A stretch of 64,000 bases of DNA from Gemmatimonadota bacterium (GTDB taxonomy: Bacteria; Gemmatimonadota; Gemmatimonadetes; Palauibacterales; Palauibacteraceae), in assembly GCA_963666735.1 (NCBI GenBank), contig OY762926.1, positions 1,312,001 to 1,376,000 of the forward strand. The letters run 5' to 3'. A program made the position numbers and the translations under genes. The notes beneath the pieces were generated by a model that did not search any database, was not told the origin of the DNA, and was given only the letters and a program-made list of their open reading frames with translations. Of this stretch, positions 57,705 through 64,000 are shown one piece after another. The first letter of the stretch is position 1. Each line of letters begins with the position of its first letter.

Positions 57705-58363
57705 CCGGCCATCTCCGCTACGCGCAACGTTTCGAAGAGACGCCCCCGCACGGCGTCCTGCGTTCCCGTGCCGTCCACCGCGGTCAGTCCTGTCGCGGAC
57801 CGGGCGTAGTAGGCGAGCAGAGGTTCGGTCTGGGCGCGATAGACCGCGAGCCGATTGCGAACGGTCTCGGCGCGATCGTCCGAGCGCTGCACGAGGGCGG
57901 CTCCGCAATCCGGGCAGGCGGCATCCTCTCCCACGGCGCGCACATGAGTCACGAGGCCGCACGATCCGCACACCCGCCGCCCGGAAATGCGATCGACGAG
58001 TTCTTCCTCCGGCGCCTCGAGGGAAAGCACCGCGTCCAGTTCGAGGCCCCGGCCGGCCAGCAGCTCGCCGAGCCCGTCGGCCTGAGGAACCGTGCGCGGA
58101 AATCCGTCAAGCACGAACCCGCCGCTCGCCTCCGAGCCGTCGAACGCCTCGGCGATGAGTCCCAGCACGACCTCGTCCGGCACGAGCTCGCCCGCTTCAT
58201 AGTAGACGCGAACCCTCTCGCCGAGCGGGGTTCCGGCCTGAAGCGCAGCGCGGATCATGTCGCCGGTGGAAAGGCGCGGAACGCCAAGGCGTTCGGCGAG
58301 AAACTCGCCCTGAGTGCCCTTCCCGACGCCGGGAGGACCCATGATGATCAGCCGCACGCCCAT
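57701..58363 (-). CDS. adk: Adenylate kinase
   Basis: GPPGVGKGT, STGDMIR, LDGFPRT, Zn lid. Confidence 0.96.
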   Translation of the reverse strand: MGVRLIIMGPPGVGKGTQGEFLAERLGVPRLSTGDMIRAALQAGTPLGERVRVYYEAGELVPDEVVLGLIAEAFDGSEASGGFVLDGFPRTVPQADGLGELLAGRGLELDAVLSLEAPEEELVDRISGRRVCGSCGLVTHVRAVGEDAACPDCGAALVQRSDDRAETVRNRLAVYRAQTEPLLAYYARSATGLTAVDGTGTQDAVRGRLFETLRVAEMAG

Positions 58364-59721
58364 CACATGTAGCGCTGTCTGCCCCGATACTTGACGCGAC
58401 CCTTCTTCATGAATCCCTCGTACTGGCGCAGCAGAAGATGCTGTTGCAGTTGCTGCATCGTATCGAGCGCGACGCCCACCACGATGAGCAGCGAAGTGCC
58501 GCCGAAGAAGAAGGTCTGAAGATCGAAGATCGAGAAGATCAGGTAGGGCAGAACGGCGATCAGCGCCAGGTATACCGAGCCGGGCAGCGTGATCCGCGTG
58601 AGCACGTGATCGATATAGTCCGCCGTCTTCGCGCCGGGCTTGACGCCCGGGATGAACCCGCCCTGGCGCTTCAGATTCTCCGCCAGATCCGCCGGGTTGA
58701 AGATGATGGACGTGTAGAAGTAAGTAAAGTAGATGATGAGAACGACGTACAGCCCATAGTACCACGCCGTCCCCACCTGGAGCGCCTGGCTCATCTCGTA
58801 GATGAAGCGGCGGGCTCCGGAGCTGCCCGGTCCGGGGTTGCCCATGAACGCGGCCAGGGTTCCCGGAATGATGATGATCGACTGGGCGAAGATGATCGGC
58901 ATCACGCCCGCCGAGTTGATCCGCAGGGGGATGAACGACCGCTGCCCTTCCCGGATCCGGCCCCTGCCCACGACCTTTCGCGGGATCTGCACCGGAATCT
59001 TGCGCTGGGCCATCGTCAGAGCGACGACCGAGGCCATGACGGCGACGAGAGTCGCCGCCAGAGCGGCGAGCTTGATGATCGAGATGCCGCCGGCCTGGTA
59101 GAGTTCGAAGGTGTTGAGCACCGCTCCCGGGAAGCCCTGCAGAATCGAGAAGAAGATGAGCAGGGACATACCGTTGCCGACGCCGCGCTCGGTAATTTGC
59201 TCCCCGAGCCACATGACGAACACGCCCCCGGTCGTGAGCATCAGCACGGTGAGAAGGCGAAAACCGAGACCGGGATCGAGGACCGCACCCGGCTGAGCCT
59301 CGAGGAAAAGCGCGTAGGTGTAGGACTGCCCGATACACAGCACGACGGTCGTGTACCGCGTCCACTGCGTGAGCTTGCGGCGGCCTTCCTCCCCTTCCTT
59401 CTGCAGCTTTTCGATCGCCGGCATGACGGCGGCGAGGAGCTGGAAGAGAATACTCGCCGAGATGTAGGGCATGATGCCGAGGGCGAAGACGGTCGCGCGC
59501 TGCAGGCCGCCGCCCACGAAGAGGTCGTAGATGCCGAAGATCGTGCCCTGGAACTGTCCGGCGAGGGCCTGCAGGGCCACGACGTTCACACCCGGCGTCG
59601 TGATGTGGGAGCCGAGCCGATACAGGGCGAGACAGAGCAGGGTGAAGAGAATCTTCGCCTTGAGCTCCGGCACCTTGAAGATATTCGCCGCGGCAGCCGC
59701 CGCGTTCTGGCCGTTCGCCAT
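58363..59721 (-). CDS. secY: Preprotein translocase SecY
   Basis: FALGIMPYISASI, GVGNGMSL, AGVMPIIFA, GGTSLLIVVGV. Confidence 0.98.
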   Translation of the reverse strand: MANGQNAAAAAANIFKVPELKAKILFTLLCLALYRLGSHITTPGVNVVALQALAGQFQGTIFGIYDLFVGGGLQRATVFALGIMPYISASILFQLLAAVMPAIEKLQKEGEEGRRKLTQWTRYTTVVLCIGQSYTYALFLEAQPGAVLDPGLGFRLLTVLMLTTGGVFVMWLGEQITERGVGNGMSLLIFFSILQGFPGAVLNTFELYQAGGISIIKLAALAATLVAVMASVVALTMAQRKIPVQIPRKVVGRGRIREGQRSFIPLRINSAGVMPIIFAQSIIIIPGTLAAFMGNPGPGSSGARRFIYEMSQALQVGTAWYYGLYVVLIIYFTYFYTSIIFNPADLAENLKRQGGFIPGVKPGAKTADYIDHVLTRITLPGSVYLALIAVLPYLIFSIFDLQTFFFGGTSLLIVVGVALDTMQQLQQHLLLRQYEGFMKKGRVKYRGRQRYM

Positions 59722-59724
59722 GCC

Positions 59725-60183
59725 TTACTCGATCACCCTTGCCGTGCCGCCGGCCGCCTCGATCTTCTCACGGGCGGAGGCACTGAAGGCATGCGCGCGC
59801 ACGTCGACCGCCCGCCCGACCTCCCCGCGTCCGAGGATCTTCACGGGACGGTCCGTTGCGCGGATGACGCCGCTCGCGCGCAGCGCCCGAGGATCGATCC
59901 CGCTTCCCTCCACGCGGTCCAGTTCCGAAAGATTGACGATGTGCCACTCGGTACGCCGGTGCGGCTTGAACCCCCGCTTGGGCGTGCGCCGGTAGAGCGG
60001 CATCTGGCCGCCCTCGAACCACGCCGGAATCGACGCACCACTCCGCGACTTCTGGCCCTTGTGGCCGCGTCCCGACGTCTTTCCGGAGCCGGATCCGTGA
60101 CCGCGGCCGCGCCGTTTTGCGGAGGACTTCGAACCGCGCGGCGGGGAGAGATTGTCGAGCCCGATCCGCTCGCGTTCAGCCAT
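59725..60183 (-). CDS. rplO: 50S ribosomal protein L15
   Basis: GRGHGSGSGKTSGRGHKGQ, FEGGQMPL. Confidence 0.97.
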   Translation of the reverse strand: MAERERIGLDNLSPPRGSKSSAKRRGRGHGSGSGKTSGRGHKGQKSRSGASIPAWFEGGQMPLYRRTPKRGFKPHRRTEWHIVNLSELDRVEGSGIDPRALRASGVIRATDRPVKILGRGEVGRAVDVRAHAFSASAREKIEAAGGTARVIE

Positions 60184-60370
60184 CTTGCCCGACCTCCTCG
60201 ACTTCGACGAGATGCGCCACCGCATGGATCATCCCGCGGATCGCGCGATTATCCGGCTGCACCACCTGGTCCTGATGGTGCTTGAGGCCGAGGGCACGCA
60301 GGGTGTCCCGCTGCTTGCGCTGCGCGCCGAGGCCGCTCTTCACCTGACGGATCTTCAACCGCTCACCCAC
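60176..60370 (-). CDS. rpmD: 50S ribosomal protein L30
   Basis: LKIRQVKS...TLRALGL...AIRGMI...HLV. Confidence 0.94.
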   Translation of the reverse strand: MGERLKIRQVKSGLGAQRKQRDTLRALGLKHHQDQVVQPDNRAIRGMIHAVAHLVEVEEVGQDG

Positions 60371-60887
60371 GCATGGCCTCCCGGATCGTGGCAACATCCA
60401 CTCCGCGTTCGGCCGCAACCTGCTCCGGCGTGACCAGATCCTGCAGTCCGCTCATCGTCGCACGAACGATGTTGAGAGGATTGTTCGTGCCGAGGCTCTT
60501 CGTGAGGATGTCCTGCACGCCGGCGCACTCGAGTACGGCCCGGACCGGGCCGCCGGCGATGACGCCGGTTCCCGGACCGGCGGGCTTGAGCAGCACCCTG
60601 CCCGCGCCATGGCGCCCGAGGATCTCGTGGGGGATGGTCCCGTTCACGATCGGCACGACGACCATGGCCTGACGCGCCTGCTCGAATCCCTTGCGGATCG
60701 CCTCGGCGACTTCGTTCGCCTTGCCGAGGGCCATACCCACACGGCCCTGCCCGTCACCGACCGCAACGAGCGCGGTGAACGAAAAGCGACGGCCGCCTTT
60801 TACGACCTTCGAGACGCGATTGATGAAGATGACATTCTCCTTGAAGTTGTCACCGTCGTCGCGCCGTTTTCTTCCCCCTCTTGCCAT
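60363..60887 (-). CDS. rpsE: 30S ribosomal protein S5
   Basis: [24 protein letters not shown]. Confidence 0.98.
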   Translation of the reverse strand: MARGGRKRRDDGDNFKENVIFINRVSKVVKGGRRFSFTALVAVGDGQGRVGMALGKANEVAEAIRKGFEQARQAMVVVPIVNGTIPHEILGRHGAGRVLLKPAGPGTGVIAGGPVRAVLECAGVQDILTKSLGTNNPLNIVRATMSGLQDLVTPEQVAAERGVDVATIREAMRG

Positions 60888-60899
60888 GAAGCCCTCTCG

Positions 60900-61277
60900 T
60901 TAGAAGCGGAGACCGCCGTCGCGGGCGCCTTCGGCAAATGCCTGAACGCGGCCGTGGTAGGGATACCCGCCGCGGTCGAACACGATCTGTTCCACATCGG
61001 CCGCGACGGCCTTTTCCGCAAGTGTCCTGCCCGCAAGATACGCGTCGGCGACCTTGCCCGAGCGCGCTCCCGCGTCGCCGTCCGTGCCGGCCAGCGTCGA
61101 GACGCCGAGCAGCGTGACGCCACGATCGTCGTCCACCAGTTGGCCCTCGAGATGCCGCAGGCTTCGGAACACGACGAGGCGCGGCCGTCCGGCCGTTCCC
61201 CGGATCTTCTTCTTGATCCGGGCGTGTCGACGCGTGCGCAGTCGATGCCTCTGTTTTGTCCGACCCCTGATGTCCAT
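60900..61277 (-). CDS. rplR: 50S ribosomal protein L18
   Basis: RPRLVVFRS, FDRGGYPYHGRV. Confidence 0.97.
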   Translation of the reverse strand: MDIRGRTKQRHRLRTRRHARIKKKIRGTAGRPRLVVFRSLRHLEGQLVDDDRGVTLLGVSTLAGTDGDAGARSGKVADAYLAGRTLAEKAVAADVEQIVFDRGGYPYHGRVQAFAEGARDGGLRF

Positions 61278-61303
61278 CGTCTTCCCTCTGGTTTGATCGC
61301 AGA

Positions 61304-61846
61304 TCAGGCTGTGGCCGTGGCCTTGCCGGCCTTGCGGCGCACATGCTCGCCCACGTAGCGAATGCCCTTCCCCTTGTACGGTTCGGGCGGACGGATCGCG
61401 CGGATCTCCGCCGCCATCTGCCCGACCTTCTCCTTGTCGTTCCCCGCCACCTTGATCAGCGTCGGCGTCTCGACGCTCAACGCGATGCCCTCGGGCGGTT
61501 CAACGGTGACCGTATGGCTGTATCCGACGCTGAACACGACGCAGGCGGCCTTCTGTTCCGCCCGATAGCCGACGCCGTGGATCTCCAGGCGCTTCTCGTA
61601 CCCCTGCGACACGCCCGTGACCATGTTGGCGATCAGGGATCGCGTGAGCCCATGCAGAGCCCGGTGCCGCGCTTCATCCGAGGCGCGCCTTACAGACACC
61701 ACACCGTCGGACTGCGTGATCTCCATATCGGAGTCGAACGATCGCTCGAGCGCACCCCGAGGGCCCCTCACTCTCACGTGCGCGCCATCGATCCTCACCT
61801 CGACGCCGGCCGGCACGGGGATGGGCAGCTTTCCAATTCTCGACAC
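61304..61846 (-). CDS. rplF: 50S ribosomal protein L6
   Basis: SRIGKLPI, PEPYKGKGIRY. Confidence 0.97.
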   Translation of the reverse strand: MSRIGKLPIPVPAGVEVRIDGAHVRVRGPRGALERSFDSDMEITQSDGVVSVRRASDEARHRALHGLTRSLIANMVTGVSQGYEKRLEIHGVGYRAEQKAACVVFSVGYSHTVTVEPPEGIALSVETPTLIKVAGNDKEKVGQMAAEIRAIRPPEPYKGKGIRYVGEHVRRKAGKATATA

Positions 61847-61900
61847 GCTCTCTGCTCCCTCGCGGGGGCGACCGCCGGTCACCGACTCCCGGCAGCTCCG

Positions 61901-62299
61901 CTAGTAGATTCTCGCGACGATTTCCCCGCCGACGTGCTGCCGGCGGGCATCGCGATCCGTCATCAATCCGTTCGATGTCGACATGATCGCGATCCCCATC
62001 CCGGCACGAACCTTGGGGATCGAGTTCGCGTCGACATATTTCCTGAGGCCGGGTTTCGACACGCGTTCGAGCAGCCGAATCACGGGCCGGTCGTCCGACG
62101 TGTACTTGAGATACACGCGCAGGCGGCCGTGCCGGTTGTCGTCCAGCACCTTGTAGCCGCGAACGAAGTGGTTCTCCGCCAGGATCCTGGCGACCTCGAT
62201 CTTGATCTTCGAGAGCGGGATGTCGACGCGTCTGTGTCCGGCCCGGCCGGCGTTGCGGATGCGCGTCAGCATATCCGCGATCGGATCGGTCATGCTCAT
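61901..62299 (-). CDS. rpsH: 30S ribosomal protein S8
   Basis: TDPIADMLTRIRN, SKPGLR. Confidence 0.98.
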   Translation of the reverse strand: MSMTDPIADMLTRIRNAGRAGHRRVDIPLSKIKIEVARILAENHFVRGYKVLDDNRHGRLRVYLKYTSDDRPVIRLLERVSKPGLRKYVDANSIPKVRAGMGIAIMSTSNGLMTDRDARRQHVGGEIVARIY

Positions 62300-62300
62300 C

Positions 62301-62486
62301 TCACCAACTCGCTTTCCGAACGCCCGGGATCTCTCCGCGGAGCGCCTGCTCGCGGAAGCAGATCCGGCACAGACCGAACTTCCTCATGTAGGCGCGGGGC
62401 CGGCCGCAGCGATTGCAGCGTCGTACCGTGCGCGAACTGAACTTCGGCTTCCGGTTCGCCTTCTCGACTAGTGCCGTCTTTGCCAT
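62301..62486 (-). CDS. rpsN: 30S ribosomal protein S14 (Zn-binding type Z)
   Basis: RCNRCGR...LCRICFRE...PGVRKASW. Confidence 0.97.
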   Translation of the reverse strand: MAKTALVEKANRKPKFSSRTVRRCNRCGRPRAYMRKFGLCRICFREQALRGEIPGVRKASW

Positions 62487-62500
62487 TCAGCCCTTTCCCG

Positions 62501-63076
62501 CTAGATGACGACCGGGACTTCATCGCGAAACGGCATCCCCATCTCGCGAAGCAGGACGAGCGCCTCATCGTCCCGGTTGGTCGTCGTGACGAACGTAATG
62601 TTGAGACCGTGGATCTTGACGATCTCGTCGTAATCGACCTCTGCGAAGACCATCTGCTCCCGTATCCCGACCGTGTAGTTGCCGCGTCCATCGAACGCCC
62701 GGCTCCGGAACCCCCTGAAGTCCCTGATGCGAGGCACGGCGGTACTGATGAACCGGTCGAGGAACTCGTACATGCGGGCATTGCGAAGCGTCACCATCGT
62801 CCCGATCGGCATGCCTTCACGCAGGCCGAAGTTCGAGATCGAGTTCCGCGCCCGCGTAACGACGGGTCGCTGGCCGCTGATCACGGCGATCTCGTTCGAG
62901 GCGGACTCGATCAGCCTGGGATTGTCCTTCCCTTCGCCGAGTCCCGCGTTGATCACGATCTTCTCGAGCCTGGGGATCTGGTGCGGGTTCTCGAAGCCGA
63001 AGGTATCGGCAAGCTTCGCCCGGACCGTGTCCTCGTAGTGTTTCCGCAGCCGCGGCTTTCCGTTTTCCGAACTCAT
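62501..63076 (-). CDS. rplE: 50S ribosomal protein L5
   Basis: PRLEKIVIN, PRIRDFRG, FDGRGNY. Confidence 0.97.
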   Translation of the reverse strand: MSSENGKPRLRKHYEDTVRAKLADTFGFENPHQIPRLEKIVINAGLGEGKDNPRLIESASNEIAVISGQRPVVTRARNSISNFGLREGMPIGTMVTLRNARMYEFLDRFISTAVPRIRDFRGFRSRAFDGRGNYTVGIREQMVFAEVDYDEIVKIHGLNITFVTTTNRDDEALVLLREMGMPFRDEVPVVI

Positions 63077-63083
63077 TTGCCTG

Positions 63084-63431
63084 CTAGCCCGCCGTCGGGA
63101 GGGGGTTGTCACAACGCCTGCAGATCCGCTCGATCGTGCCGTCCGCATCGCGCTGGCGGCGCACCCGCGCCGGTTCGTCGCACTGGGGACACACGAGCAT
63201 CACGTTCGAAGCGCTGATCGGCTCTTCGTAGGTGACGATGCCGCCTTCGGTGATCCCGCCCTTCGCGTTGGCCACGGGACGCTTGTGATGTTTGCGCATG
63301 TTCACGTCCTGCACCACGACGAGTCCCCGCGAAGGGATCGTGCGCAGCACCTGGCCCTGGGCGCCGGCATAGTTGCCCGCGATCACCCGAACCGTGTCCC
63401 CGGCTCTCATGTTCAGTTTCGTCCGTGTCAT
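63084..63431 (-). CDS. rplX: 50S ribosomal protein L24
   Basis: GDTVRVIAG (KOW), EEPISASNV. Confidence 0.95.
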   Translation of the reverse strand: MTRTKLNMRAGDTVRVIAGNYAGAQGQVLRTIPSRGLVVVQDVNMRKHHKRPVANAKGGITEGGIVTYEEPISASNVMLVCPQCDEPARVRRQRDADGTIERICRRCDNPLPTAG

Positions 63432-63472
63432 CTTCGTTTCAGTTCCTCGTGCGACACCTGGCGGCCCCGCGG

Positions 63473-63841
63473 CTAGATCACTTCGGGGGCGAGCGACACG
63501 ATCTTCATGAACTTCTTCTCGCGAAGCTCACGTGCCACCGGCCCGAAGATACGTGTCGCGGTCGGCTCTCCCGCATCGTTGATGATCACCGCCGCGTTCT
63601 CATCGAAGCGGATGTAGCTACCGTCGCGCCGCCGGCTCTCCTTGGCCGTCCGCACGACGACCGCGCGGACTACCTCGCCCTTCTTCACGTTCCCGTGCGG
63701 AGTCGCGTCCTTGATCGTCGCGACGATCACGTCGCCCACGCGGGCGTACCGGCGACGCGACCCGCCGAGGACTCGAATGCAGAGAGCCCGGCGAGCACCG
63801 GAATTGTCCGCGATGCGGACCATCGATTCCTGCTGAATCAT
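63473..63841 (-). CDS. rplN: 50S ribosomal protein L14
   Basis: MIQQES...[20 protein letters not shown]. Confidence 0.98.
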   Translation of the reverse strand: MIQQESMVRIADNSGARRALCIRVLGGSRRRYARVGDVIVATIKDATPHGNVKKGEVVRAVVVRTAKESRRRDGSYIRFDENAAVIINDAGEPTATRIFGPVARELREKKFMKIVSLAPEVI

Positions 63842-63856
63842 CTCGTCGTGCCCCCG

Positions 63857-64000
63857 TTACTCCGGACGCTGGACCAGCTCGAGCACGCGCCAGCGCTTGA
63901 GTCTGGAGAGCGGACGGGTCTCCTCGATCCGGACCACGTCACCCACCCGGTATTCGTTCTCTTCGTCGTGTGCCTGGTACCGTTTGCCTCGGCTCACCTG
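63857..64000 (-). CDS. rpsQ: 30S ribosomal protein S17, 3' part
   Basis: Hand translation ...[34 protein letters not shown]...*. Confidence 0.95.
   Translation of the reverse strand, partial: QVSRGKRYQAHDEENEYRVGDVVRIEETRPLSRLKRWRVLELVQRPE

Noticed and set aside
52781..63431. Cys-rich (Zn-binding) forms of L28, S4, L36, S14 and L24
   Set aside because: These are common ancestral variants, not novel.

Overview
High-GC bacterial chromosome segment. Gene content and order suggest Gemmatimonadota (inference only). There are three zones. (1) 1-9 kb: a partial CocE/NonD hydrolase, three paralogous Tat-lipoprotein gamma-glutamyltransferase-family genes that share a conserved promoter, a membrane protein, and a ComEC-like nuclease/DUF3006 pair. 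(2) About 9.1-30.2 kb: a dense anti-phage defence island. It holds an E2-only (type II-short) CBASS operon with a patatin effector, an ISL3 inserted into a duplicated res 3' end, an IS21 remnant, and a PLD nuclease. It also holds a ~13 kb co-oriented run (AAA/DUF4143 ATPase, nuclease-STAND NTPase, NYN, ART-like small protein, N-terminally extended type III Mod, small ORF, Res), a DUF4268 protein and a truncated PIN toxin. (3) 30.3-64 kb: housekeeping genes (VPS10-like protein, GcvT-family demethylases, a RelE TA pair, secA, nadD, bamD, nucleotide-sugar genes, hemB/hemD) and the spc/alpha ribosomal operons up to a partial rpsQ. Top observation: the predicted CBASS promoter (TTGACC-N17-TATCAT) is overlaid by two NrdR-box-like sites 32 bp apart. 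This suggests an immune operon controlled by the dNTP-sensing ribonucleotide-reductase repressor NrdR.
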